From: Setoptus koraiensis
Lineage: Eukaryota > Animalia > Arthropoda
Assembly: GCA_048013815.1 (NCBI GenBank)
Contig: CM106585.1
Location: forward strand, 10,974,001-11,038,000
Length of the DNA: 64,000 nucleotides
Direction: 5' to 3'
The position numbers were made by a program, and so were the translations under genes. Position 1 is the stretch's first letter. Every line of letters starts with the position of its first letter. Shown one piece after another: positions 1-12,989 of this stretch. The notes beneath the pieces are model-generated. The model worked only from the letters and a program-made list of their open reading frames with translations, ran no database searches and was not told where the DNA came from.

Positions 1-638
1 CTAATGCGCGCAGTGGCATTTGGGAAAGGAGCAGGACTTTCTGGCAAAAGTGTCGGGCAACTCTTTTATCGAAATTGCCAAATTTTTCCCATTTGCCTAT
101 CACACTGCTATTCACAGTTTGTGAATCGCAGAGCCATGTCGCGCTGACAATATCATGTTTAACTAACTGTTGCAACGATTTCTCACTCAATTAGCATCAT
201 CGGATCGATACTGGTGTCGTCGAGCGTTATCAGCGTGGTGCTGTCGAAATGGTTTGGGCCCAGCCTCTGTTTTGGGCGCTTCTCAAGAGCGAAGAAGAGC
301 CTCGAGTCGAGCTAAACATTATATTTTATATTGTATAAATGATGTTATGATGACTAAATCTATATTATAGTGCAATTCGTATATTTAACTGTCCGTGCCA
401 TTTGCCTGTGTTTTATCTATATTGTGTTGGTCGTAATTAGAGGTCGCTCGTCGTTGCCACACTGACCAACGCTGACCAACACTGACCAACGCTGACCGAC
501 ACTGACCGACACTGACCAACGGAGCGCACAGTGGATGCACACGGTAGCCGCACAGCAGTAGCAGCAACAACAGCAACAACAACAGCAGCAACGGGTGGTT
601 TACCTGATCGGAGCGGACATTTAGGCCACTTGCCCACC

Positions 639-639
<1 letters not shown>

Positions 640-683
<44 letters not shown>
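640..683. repeat. (AC)n microsatellite
   Basis: Uninterrupted CA run. Similar runs at about 4102-4153, 40063-40122 and 50025-50099. Confidence 0.95.
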
Positions 684-686
<3 letters not shown>

Positions 687-1486
687 GCGAGCAAAGTGAA
701 TTACGTCAGTTTCACTTGATGCCGATCGCTGTTAGCTATCAACTATCAACTATCGGCTATTAGCTGTTCGTTGGGGCTAATGGCTAATAACGCACAGTTA
801 CGCAACTTGTAGTTGTTTTTGTTTCTTCTCTATGGACCAAAGTTACAGTTATTGGTCGTGTTGGCCCAGTTGTGTGTGTGTGTGTTCGAGGAACCGTTTA
901 GTTGGATACCGCAACACTGTATATAGGATATAAGAGAGTGAGTGCCAACGTTAGAATTAGTTTCGTCTTAGCACAGCGAGACAGCGAGCGAGCGAGCGAG
1001 AGAGAGAGAGAGAGAGCGAAATGGCAAGAGTATTATATAATGGCTTCATATTGGAGCAGACACATAGCGACTGGCAGCAGTTGCTCAGTTGATAGTTGAC
1101 GCAATAAAATGAAATGACCGATATATCGACGGATGCTTTTATTCTCATATTATTATTATTATTTGATTATCGGTGTGACTTTCGAGTGGCACCAACAACC
1201 GATGAGCGTCGCTACACAGCCGAGCGCTATGTGTGCCACATGGAGCGTGAGCGAGCGTTTATTTCAAAAGTATTCCAAGCGAGTTGAATGAAGCAAAACG
1301 ATGAGCCGACTGGCCGATGAGAAGCGACTTGTTGGTGTTTAGTGACCAACTGCGAACGCTTCTTCTTTTGTTCTTGTCGCTGTTGTCGCTGACCATTAGC
1401 CAGCGATTGCAGCGCACCACGGCGAGCAGCAAAAAGTGGTCTACGCAACAAAGAGGCCACCTGTCCATGGTTGCAGCATCGTCGGC

Positions 1487-1572
1487 GAGTCTCGTCGCAG
1501 TTTCGGCCGAGTCTCGTCGCAGTTTCGGCCGAGTCTCGTCGCAGTGGCGGCCGAGTCTCGTCGCAGTGGCGG
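1487..1572. repeat. 22-bp tandem repeat, about 4 copies
   Basis: Unit GAGTCTCGTCGCAGT(TTC/GGC)GGCC repeated head to tail. Confidence 0.9.
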
Positions 1573-1907
1573 CGGCCAGTCTCAGCGGAGAGCGTCATGG
1601 GCATTAGCGCAGACATAGGTGTGAGTCGCTTGAAACAATCGTCAGCGATCGTCGAGGATCGCCGATGGCATCAAAACTGTTGTTGTCGTTGTTGTTGTTG
1701 TCGTTGTTTCTGTTGTTGCTGCTGCTGCTGCGTTTGCACCGTGTCCAACTGACCGACACTAACCGTTCCACGCAACCATACTGCACAACTTCACCTGTTG
1801 CCTGTCGCTCCTACGTTCACCTGCTTACCTGTTGGCCCGTTGGCCCGTTGGCCCAACTGTGATGATTCGCTGAACTTTTACTTATTTGTGGTGATGTTGT
1901 TGCCAAC

Positions 1908-2790
1908 ATGCACAAAGTGAGCGTTGTGTTCGTCGGCGATTGCCAATTGCGAAAAGTTGCCTCGTCGCGCCATTCGCTGTCACAACTGCTGTGCCTTTTG
2001 TGGATGCTCCCAAAGAACGCAACGAAACCAATGGTACAAAAGTAGCAAAAGTAGCTAAAGTATCGATTCTTTTTGCAATGTACGCGCCATGATCGCCCAG
2101 ATATCGCCACAACTCGCAGCCAATCGATGCCATCAGCTTGCTCGGCATCGGCGATTGGCGGCCATTTTTACCTTTTCGCTACCTAGGTAGTCGCTCTCTG
2201 GGTAGTCGGTGCTCTATCGGCTGGCTCTTTACGTAACACCTATTAATGTCCTCTAATCTGAACTTTGAGTTTCATCTCAACTCAATGTGTGCAATCATGA
2301 GCGATGTAACTCACTGTTTAAGACACTGTCCAATTAGATTAACGCACACTCAGCTTGGCTCACATCACGATACAGAATTAGGCATACGCTCGGATATACG
2401 CTCACATGTGCGCTCGGACACACACTTAGATATACCTTAGATATACATTTAGTTACACATGTCCATGTCGGTCCATGTCGGTCCATGTCGAGCGATGTCG
2501 AGCCATGTCGAGCGATGCCGAGCCATGTCGAGCGATGGGGCTGGCTCTGGCTGGAGTTTCAGGGAGTTTCACGAGGCGTCAAGGAGAGTTTAGAGTGGAG
2601 AGTCGGCAATGGAGAGTGGCGAGGACAGTATGAGAGCTGGTGAGCAACAGGTTGTGGCTGAGAGTGGCAGAAGCAACACTTTTGCAATTGTTGTGTAACA
2701 GTGCCAATGCCGAATCAATCAGGCATGAAAACATTAGAAAACAGCGATCGATGGCAAAAGTCTCACATGACGCCACTGCACAAGCGATCG
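1908..2790 (+). pseudogene. Degenerate Rho/Rnd-family small GTPase relic
   Basis: Motifs in the expected order across frameshifts and stops: MHKVSVVFVGDCQ / (frameshift) KSCLVAPFA (G1-like); YAP*SPRY...ID.ISL; RPFLPFRY; SDVTHCL..PIRL...GIRSDIR (G4-like, ORF 2246-2440); CNSANAESIR (G5-like, ORF 2640-2918). Recognised by eye only. Confidence 0.35.
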
Positions 2791-4099
2791 CAACCGATTG
2801 CGAGCGACCATCACAAATGCCGGCCAGCGAAACGCCGGCCAGCGAAATGCTAGCGATCGACTGGCTGGCCATCGAATGGCTGGCCATCGACAGGCGAGCT
2901 GCGTCGAGACGCCGCTGAATTCGCTCACTGAAACATTGACTCATGACTCATTGACACTTGTCGTCGAGACTGATGAAGATGTGCCAATGCCGTCCAGTGC
3001 ACGCTGTCCATTGTGCACAGTCGACACACTTGTATATATTATTATGTCATTATGCAAATGACTACTTACACCAATGAATCAACGATGCGACCCAATGAGC
3101 CAACAATGAATGACACACACACACACACATCATATAATTGTGAACGGTAGCACGGTGGCCTCATATGATTGCATCATTGCGTCATCGTGTATCGTTCATT
3201 GATGAAGTGAAAAATTCACAACAAGAAAAGTTAAATAAGTAAACGAGACCAGGTGAGACAACAAAACACAGACAGCTTATTGAATATCTACTTTCGCTCG
3301 TCCAGTGGTCACCTGTTGACTGTGTTGACTGTGTTGCCATGCTGTCATGTTGCTGTTCTCACATGTACAAGTTATATGATGTAAGTTGATTCATCGAATG
3401 TGTGGCCACTGTGCGATACTTACTGCACGCTTATATGCAAATCATTGGCCCACTTGGTGGCCGCAACTGGACGACTGGACCATTCGACCTCTCGACCAGT
3501 GTGGCTCTCGACCAGTGTGGCACTCGACTACTGGAGCACTGGACAGGTGACATACAAACAAACAAACACTTGGCACACTACACGACAATTTGCTTCTAGT
3601 TCAGTGCTTCTTTTTAGCCTCGTTGGCCGCAAAGCCGACGCAGCGACAAATGTCCAAAGAAGCGACTAGCCAACTGAGCCGACGGTCGTCATTAACCTTC
3701 AATTAACTCGTAAAGTTAACCTGTAAATTGTGAGCCAATTGAAGTTGCTCCAGTGACACCGCCGGCAGCCAACGATTTCAAAAGGACACTTTCAACTGCA
3801 CACATACTGACCAAATTGTACAATTGACCATACAGTCAGATGATCTGATTATCAGTTGATTTAATTTGGCCAGCTCAACTGAAGATTTCACAGCTCACTC
3901 AGGCAACTTGTTGGCCGCTACTGCCCACACTACAATGCACTAAACAATAGACTTATATCAGATAGATAATGGATAGTCGTCAACAAGTGACAGCCACAAT
4001 TAAGCATGCCCTAAGCATCCCCTATCGAAAGTAACAGCCAGCAAACGATCAAATGAGATCAAATTACAGCTTCAATTTAATTAGTTGTTAGTAAGCTCT

Positions 4100-4157
<58 letters not shown>

Positions 4158-6959
4158 ATATATCTTAAATCAAGGTTATTATCACCTGAACGGGCAGCGT
4201 CTGTTGAGTGGGCTTTGTTTCTTTGTTATCTCACAGACCAATGCCAACGAATGCTCGTGTCATGTTTATACTGCATTGATGAACTGTATCAATACTGCAA
4301 TAATGTAAACAATACAACTCGAAAATCGAAACCGATATTCAAACCCATTTGCCATATGTAATGCCAAATAATAAAGCAACCACGGCCAACAAATCTCTAA
4401 ATATAGCTATTACATAACTTTATCCGCTTATTCTACTGTCTGATTGACAAGTTGTCGAATGGCTGAGTTATCCGATTGAGTTGACCAGGCGCCAAGGTTA
4501 TGCGGGTCACACCACAAACCAATACAATGTAATATAATGTGCATTGCATAACCACTTGCACTTGATTGTATACATAAATATATAAAATATAATAATGTAT
4601 ATATTTTGTAGTTGTTGCAAACTGGCCACAGACGTATATTTGCGCAGATCATATTTACAGTTAAAAGCGTCATGACACACAAAGTGACACAGTAACAATT
4701 TGTAACTAAATTTGAATCTCTAATCCCACAGCAAGGTGATAGTTTGTTTTTTGTGTCTACCAATCAATGTAATCCGGCGGGCATGCGATACATCATATAA
4801 TAGCGAAAGATAGCAAATAATAGCACAAAAAATGTATCCATGGTGTGCAATGAAGGCAGCAAATTAAATTAATTAGATATCTGGCTGTGTCTTATGAGAT
4901 TGTAACAATGAGTGCACTTTTTGACACAATAATACCAACAACTTATAAGTAACGAGACTGCCGATTCTTGTCTATTGTTGTGCAACAATAGACAACCAGC
5001 AACTTGTAACGTTCCCTTGGCTTGTGTATTAAAACAAGCCGCTAAACTAGTTACACGCTAATGGCATAGACATGATGACATGATATAACTGTATCATGTT
5101 CACCTGTCTCACCTGTTGTTATGGCTCAAACACGACATACCAACAGTGTTTGAGATAACAACAGTGTTTGGGATAACAACAGTGCGGCGGCCCGACAACG
5201 AGACCAACAAAAAGAAGATATCGCAAGCTTATTTCCACTGCATTGTATTGTATTCCGGCCAGTGATACAGATGACCGACAAACAAGACCAACTAACAATT
5301 GTAGTCTCAGCTGACGACAGCCACCGATGATGGTCACCGCTAACCACAATTAAATATTACCTAATGTCTCTCATGTAATGACCATGTTAATAATGAAAAT
5401 TTATTTTTACATAATCATATTGTTGTCACAGGAAACAAATTCAATTATCATAATTCTCTCCTTCTCTTGCCACTCGATCTCCAATTCCAGCTCCAATTCC
5501 AGCTCTAATTCCAACTCCAATTCTAATTCCATTCATAGTCTCGATATTTTGCCAACATTAATGATCATCATTATTTTTATCATTTTCCAGACGGTGTGTG
5601 TGTGTGTGTGTCCAACTTTCGATTTGACCTGACACATTAATGACACACGATGGCAAAAACAAAAGTCGAAACAACTATTCACTATTTACAGTTTGTATAG
5701 TATCCGTTGCGGAAAACTTTTGATCGTCGGTGGCGCCCTCTCTGGATTATTCAGATCATTTGTTATGGATCTTGGATTCTTTGCGAATCATTCTTGATCA
5801 TCTCATTCGCTGTCAAGTTGTCTCATAAGTAGTAACGCCACGATCTATGCGATCCATTCGTCCAGGTGACGAACATGGCGACACTAATCAATGAGCAGAC
5901 GTTGGAATTTTGAGCAATATTGTCGCATTGTTGACGAACGCAACCTTGATTCATCTAGACCCGACCCAGCCGAGTTAGTTGTTTTAGTTGGTGCTGGGGG
6001 CGCCTCTAAGTAACCAGTTGATTGATAAATACACACAGACACACTGTAAATGTATATGTGCCGATGGATGACATAAGATTACCAAGGTCAACATGACAGG
6101 TGTGTCGCTATTAGTCGCACGACCCCTGTTGTTCAATGATGAGTGATGCAATGATGGAATAGTTGCGGTGATGAGTAAAAAAAAGACGCGCTCATATATT
6201 GATTATTGATTGGTGGCGAGATATTATTATTATATTTATATCAATTTGGCAAGCTTGTTGCCTTTGTTTGCTCCATATACGTTGTTCACGTTGAGTCTGT
6301 AATTAATATATCCACTACTTACTGCATGTCGACTCGACATGACGCTCTCACACATTGATGATAATATAAATTATCTATTTGCGTTACAATTATTTTGTTA
6401 CAACAATTATGTGACACTTGTGACTCATTATCACACGCACGCACACACCATAATATGATATTAGTAATATCTGATGATAAAATAATAATAATAATGTATA
6501 TTATTAGATAACTTGACAGCTATTGGCGCAACACACTATGTTAGATGATTGTATGTATTTCATCATCTATGTCACTAATCAACAAAGATTAGACAACCAC
6601 CGTTGCTATCTATGACGAGTTGCTCAAGTCCACTAGCTGTCATTAACTAAATAACTTTGTTTGCTCATTAATTAACCACTAGCTTTGTGACTAAAATAGA
6701 TATAAAGATAAATGTTGCTCTTGTTGAACTAACAAAATTGTGAGCAAAACTATTGTTGTTGTACTATTGTATTTTGTGCTCTGTTCTTCGGCAAATCTAC
6801 GGTCTTACCTAAGTCTCGCGACTCAAGTGCCGGATCGATATACATATAACATCACCTACACTAACTATACTAATTATGGGACACATATTGTGTGGCCTAG
6901 CTTTTTGTTTTTAGTTGTTGCAAACTCTCAATCTTGTGTCAGCCCTATTATGTCGTAAT

Positions 6960-8560
6960 ACATATTAGTCGTCTATCTATAACAGTGGAAAGGCACCAAG
7001 TGATAAGACTATTTATCTATTACATGATTGCACAATTGAGTGTTATATTTATTTACATGTTGTCGTTGTTGCCAGTATTTCCGCAAGATTTAGTCTCAAC
7101 AAAAATCAAATCCATACAACCACATACAATATACACCTGTCTAGCGGGCCAAACTTATCTAGGTTCAAACCCCTTTCTCTTTTTTCTTCACATCAGTGAA
7201 AGTTTTGTGTATCTCAGACAAGAAGCTCAAACAGTTTTATACCGCCGACTTCGCAAGTTCCGATAGTCGGTATCAAGGACAATAGAAAGGGATAAATATT
7301 CAATATAGTCCAAAATACTGCAACCGATACAGACTTATCACCGGTATAACACAATGTATGTGCATAAATAGCACCTCCCAATTACTCAGACGCTCTTTCT
7401 TTTTATCACCGTCATCAACTGAGTAATTCAGTGATAAAGGTTGAAAATGTTGCGATCATTAATCTCTTTAGTGTGTAAGCTAGATATGGAGTTTGATATG
7501 GCTCGCGAACTGCCGGAGCAAATGTCCTCGGATTAGAAACCTGATAGCAATGGCATTAAGTTAGATAGATATGACGAGCAACAATTTTGAACATAGTTAT
7601 AGCATTCAATTGTAACAACTGTATAAAATATATAGCAGTTTCTATTGTTCAGTCGGTTCCCATCAAGTAGCAGATTCTTTTGATTATAATAGATGGTTGC
7701 TTGAGTTTGAATGCACCTCTCCAATAATTGATGACACACGCGACGAAATGAACTCAAATGCGATTCCAGAGCCAATTCCAATCCAGACAGAATATATTAA
7801 TTCTCACTTAACTAATATCGATGATGTAGAATATCTATACTACAATTATTTCTCTAATCTAATTTTAGCCCAGAGCCACTAATCGAATAATCCTATTGCA
7901 AACTATTCATATACACACAATTCAAGAGAGAATAGTTTAGTTGAACTTGGCATCCTGCGTGATTTTGTGCGATCATACAAGAGACTAAGTAGCGATACAA
8001 ATTCCAACTTGACGACAGGAAATTTAGTCATTCTAAACTAGACATTAAATCATCATTCAAGCAGACTGGAATAAATTATCGGGCACTTTTAAATTCTTAC
8101 TTAACGATTCAGTTGAATTTCGGTTATGATAGAAGCTCTGGTCGCCAAATGTTATACGTCACTGGAAATTGTTGCAACAAAATCGCTTCGCACAAGTCCG
8201 TTAGCAGTCTACCATTATTAGCTGGGCAAGTAAGTGTTGAAAAAGTTCTTTGTGTTACCTCATTCCTTTCTAGTCAATTATTTAGCAAGTCACAGTAACT
8301 TATTTCCAATAAATGAGTAGTCGTGTTTGTTATGAATTCTTTCAAGTAGAGTGCATTGTTCCAGAAGCGACAAAAATCAAATATGTTCTCCAAAATTGTA
8401 ACTTCAAGATTTTGCAACGGATTGCTCTTAGTTTATCTGGAGAAAAAACTCTGAGTCTCGAATGGGATTTGTTTTGAGGGCTTGGCTCTCGTTAGGGATA
8501 AATTCTTGCATCACACAATGTGCCATCTATATTCATCAACTCGAAGATGCTAAATGATCT
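6960..8560 (+). pseudogene. Possible endogenous viral element (mononegavirus L-protein capping region), heavily decayed
   Basis: AT-rich, repeat-free tract with a long, stop-interrupted frame. Contains GP..YLGS (YLGS at 7156-7167), then SES, RRLRKFR*SVSRTIERD, candidate HR dipeptides (7339-7344 or 7407-7412) and C.SPIIDD. The order resembles the L-protein PRNTase region as I recall it. Confidence 0.3.
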
Positions 8561-8848
8561 CTAAACCAACATCCTGTGTGACGGGCCCCAAAGCAGCAGT
8601 TCAGAGACATGAAATAGTTTATACTCTTTATATTGTTTTTCTCTCTTTTTCTATTTCTGCCATTTTTCCCACAATAGAAACAAATGAATGGACACCTGCT
8701 GAATAATAGGTGAACCATTATCGATTGGAGATTGACCACTACTGTGTTTGAAACAGGACAATATTGATGTGATGATAAATTGTTTGAAATATTTGTTCGC
8801 TGCTAATAGGGCCACCGTGAATATACGTAACATAGCGCAAAGTCAACT

Positions 8849-11511
8849 ATGGACACGAAGCCGTGTTTTCTGGTTAATAATCTAACCGATATTTTGGAAC
8901 AATGTGACTTCTTGGATCAAAATGATTGCCTAGAGACTGACTCTGTGATAGATTATGTTAAATTAATTTACTGTGATATTGGTAACGAATATCAATTTGA
9001 GGGCATCATCCTACTGGTTGCAATACTCATTCTACTATTCATAGGTCTTGGCGCTGCCGCAAACGAATTCCTTTGTCCCTCTCTGTTAGCCCTGGCTAGG
9101 ATTTTAGGCATGTCGGATAGTGTGGCCGGAGTGACATTACTGGCCTTCGGCAATGGCTGTCCGGACATATTTTCATCGATAGCGGCCGCCTCAGACGACA
9201 GACCCGAATTGATAATAGGTGAACTGTTGGGAGCGGGCATATTTTGTACATCAATAGTATCCGGTTTGATATTTGTAAGCAACGATTTCGCTCTGGCGTG
9301 TCGACCCATGCTAAGGGACACAACATTTTATCTGGTGAGCGCCTATCTTGTTTGGCTGTGCTGTTGGTATGGCCAAATAAGGTTCCTCTACGCCATTGGA
9401 TTCATCGGTATCTACATCGTTTATCTTATGGTGGCACTTCTGGGCCAGGCCGTGCATCGTCGACAGAATGTCCCGCAAGAGAAAAAATCCAATCGTAACC
9501 AGTCAAGTAATAATAATACTAATAATAATAATAATACCAGCATCAGAGGCAGTGATAATGAGGCATTCGTTGGTGATATTGGTGGCAATAATAATAGTAA
9601 CTATAAAAATAATAATAATAATAACAACAACAACAAACAACAACAGGTCCAAAAGAACAATGCGCAAAATTCAAAAATGAAAATTTGTACAGAAAATGAA
9701 ACGAAAGTTTCTCAGAAAAGCAATAAGTGCAACGGTGTAAATGGCAAACGAAGAGATGATTGCGACAGCAATGATTTCGACCATGCAAGTAGTCAAAATG
9801 AAATACGACAACAAAATGAAAATATGTTCACCATCACTAAATCGCCTCGTAATGCAATTATGTCGCAGCTCAAATTGTCCTCTCTGTCGGAAGAATACGA
9901 CGACAATGCCAACGTAACTCTCAAAAGATACACTTCGTTGCCAGAGAGGAATCGATCGGTTCGTAGAGACTCTAGCGCCTTTCAAAGTCATCTCAAAAAT
10001 TCACTGTTGGCTATGACTGATTTCAACCGAAACAATTGTCACCATGATGACATTGAATGTGATTCGAACTACAATGGCAACGACTCTACAAACGCGACAA
10101 CTGTGTCGTCTACAGCAACCTTCCGAAGTGCAAACGACGAAAAAGTTTCCATTGCAATCAAATGGATAGATTTGGATGAGGATAATAACAGAGGAATGTC
10201 ATCTCAGGCGCCAAGGGTCGTTGTTGTCGGTAGCAACAGCAAATTCAATGAGGCACGCAAGCAAGATGATAAAGGTTTTAATAGGACGACAAAGAAATAC
10301 GACAATTATGGATCTATTATAAGTAGTGAAAATAGCTCAGTTGTGTGCCCAAACGACAGCAACAGCAGCGATATGAATAGATCAATAATAAAAATATGTG
10401 GATCATCTACAGTTGTGGTGAGTAGTAACAGCAACAACGAGGGCCAGCTACCAGAAAAAGGATCTCATATGGACATAGACAAAATCAATATGCAATTCAA
10501 TGCTATTGAGCAAGAAACAAAAGCCAAACTCTCAGCCAGTGAATTAGCCTCACAAACAGATCTCAACGAATGGGACGATTTCCTTTTGCATGTTTGTCCG
10601 ATAGACTTCAATGATTGGCGCAACGCCACCATGTTTAGCAAGATATTTGAATTAGCCAGAGTAAGTCGCCTGTTATCATCTATGTAATGGTGGTTTGTCT
10701 GATTAATCAGACTCGAGCAATCCAACACTAATTAATATATTAATTATATCAATCAAATGTATATATGTAGGCACCCATATTCTTTATCATGTTGATGACG
10801 ATACCCGTGCTGGATTATGAATGCAAACGAGACAATTGGTGCCGCATATTACAAGGAATACATTGTATCACGGTGCCAATAGCAATTACAATGCTCACTC
10901 AGACAGCTCAATTAGAGACATGCATATTTAGTTTACCTCTATACTCTATAATAATATTGCCAGGATTTTTGCTTGCCACTATTCTAGTGAAAACATCAGA
11001 ATATTTGTCGCCGCCAAAATATCATCAGCTGTTCGCCTATATAGGTTTTCTAATGTCCATCGTATGGATATATAGTCTGGCAAATGAAGTTATTAGCCTA
11101 CTTAAGACAATAGGTATTATATTTAGTTTAAGTGATGCCGCCATTGGTTTAGGCATTCTTGCATGGGGCAACAGTTTGGGCGATATTGTTGCCAATTTAA
11201 CTCTGGCAAGATCCGGATATCCGCGTATGGCCATTGGAGCTTGTATAGGCGCACCATTATTAAATTTATTATTGGGCTTTGGATTGTCATTTAGTATATC
11301 GTTAGGTCCAAGCGGAATATCAAGTGTTCAATACAGCACCATGACCACATTGCTCTATGCCACTATAACTACTATTCTAATATCATTGATGCTATCCACA
11401 TTGTTACCTGCTAGTATATCAAAAAAATACTTTGGTTATGCACTCATATCGATGTATTTAATTTATTTTGTAACGGCAATATGTATAGAATATGGTCTAT
11501 TATTCGGCTGA
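8849..11511 (+). CDS. SLC8B1: Sodium/calcium(lithium) exchanger NCLX (cation/Ca2+ exchanger family), 2 exons, about 850 aa
   Basis: Alpha-1 repeat GVTLLAFGNGCPDIFS and alpha-2 repeat GLGILAWGNSLGDIVAN; N-terminal Cys pattern C..C..C..Y..LIYC. Exons 8849-10660 and 10771-11511, joined by a phase-0 GTAAGT...ATGTAG intron (10661-10770). Confidence 0.93.
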
Positions 11512-12367
11512 GATGCGCTCTAATATCCAGATATTTGTGTGTTGGTGTCCCATCTATGCCATCTATTGTTTGCCCGACATCACTGACATGATATGAGATT
11601 GAGACAATTGTCGCTCGAGCAGCAATGTGACAATGTGATTTACTTGACGCTTGGTAAATGACCCAAATGAGAACAGACAGACTACTGACTGTATGTACTT
11701 ATGTAACGTTTATGTATCGTACAACTCGGCTGAAATTGTAAATCAGTTTCAACATTAAACACGATAATCTCATTTTTTGTCATTTGTCGTCACTCACCAC
11801 CGTTGATTGTTGTTACTTTACTTTATATCACTTTATATCCGATTTGTATACTCTGCACACTGCTTGCCACATGATAAATGTGTCGTGATAAGTTGTGGCG
11901 TGTCACACAAAAACGATTAGAGACGATTAGATTTAATATTTAAGGAAAAATCACAACAGGATTAGACTGTTCAGCTATGTTGTAGGCACTTTGTGTTTCT
12001 CGACTCTCGATATATTATCGTCAGCGACTGTATATTGTTAGTCAGCGTGTTGAAGATTACGACTGTATATTTTTAATTATGTGCAATTGATACGTGATCA
12101 CTAGTGCTGTCTGTCTTATCATCATACAGCGAGTATAGTCTAGATATATCCATGTCTGCGATACATTGCGTTTTTTAGCAAAATATCCAGATAATAGCAA
12201 GACGAGACGAGCGAACAATTTTCAAGATTGCAACAGCCCTTGATACATACATATTATCATACTATGTGTCACATTGTTAATTGTTTGATTTGACTAACAA
12301 AAGATAATGCAACTTTCAACTTACAATATCAACTTACAACAGTTACAGTGCAAAGTTGTAGTTGGCG

Positions 12368-12929
12368 CTTTATAGGACACACAACAAATGGTCACAACAA
12401 CAACGACATGCAACAACGACATACAACAACGACATGCAACAACGACATGCAAAACACATGCAATTTACATGATGTTGCACGACGTGCATGCTCAACGTAT
12501 GTTTTATTATTGGTGCATAAATGTATAAATAATATACCCACAATAAACAATAGACAACATAAAGTCGACATAAGTCAAACCATAAGCAAATCAAACCAAT
12601 TGAATCAAATCAAAGCCAAGTTGTAAGTTGAGCCAAGTTGGCTGTTGTTTGTGTTGTTGTTTGTTTACAAATGTTTGTGTCCGTGACCAACAAGCCAACA
12701 TATTATATTAGTAATATGTACGCTGACCACTAGGCGAACCATCCGGCTAATTGAGGTCACTGCTGGGTCTATTATTTACCTATGAATACGTTTGTTTGCA
12801 CGTATTGGTGTTCTGATCAATTGAAGTTGGTCAATTGGTTTGTTCAATGTGAATATTGACTGCAGTGTTCTATTTTACTCGTAGTGGTTCTCCTGGTGCG
12901 ACCACCAACAATGCTAAATTGCAAACAAG
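12368..12929 (+). repeat. Duplicated non-coding segment, copy 1 (paralogous to the Dmrt 3' flank)
   Basis: Collinear direct similarity to 16748-17380, e.g. AACGTATGTTTTATTATTGGTGCATAAATGTATAA, ATAAAGTCGACATAAGT, CCGGCTAATTGAGGTCA, TTTGTTTGCACGTATTGGTG, TGCGACCACCAACAATGC. Confidence 0.9.
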
Positions 12930-12989
12930 ATATTACATTGCAGCAAAAGCCGGAGTAAGTCTATTATTATTATTATCTATTTAATGGCG

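Noticed and set aside
1487-1572. 22-bp repeats superficially like a CRISPR array
   Set aside because: Units are contiguous with no unique spacers, there are no cas genes, and the context is eukaryotic.
385-1786. Poly-VC, poly-TH, poly-C, poly-L and poly-N ORFs in the track, here and throughout 33-62 kb
   Set aside because: They are translations of (AC)n, (TTG)n and (CTGTTG)n microsatellites and tandem arrays, with no domain or splice support.
5100-5350. Minus-strand peptides ETTIVSWSC, QWK*ACD and LLFVGLVVG resembling SLC22 TM1-TM2
   Set aside because: Two mutually inconsistent alignments fit equally well, which suggests over-fitting; not supportable without a profile search.
8992-9321. Antisense ORFs over real genes (also 11037-11234, 29772-30134, 45132-45497, 53505-53762, 59318-59527)
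   Set aside because: Shadow frames of genuine CDSs on the opposite strand.
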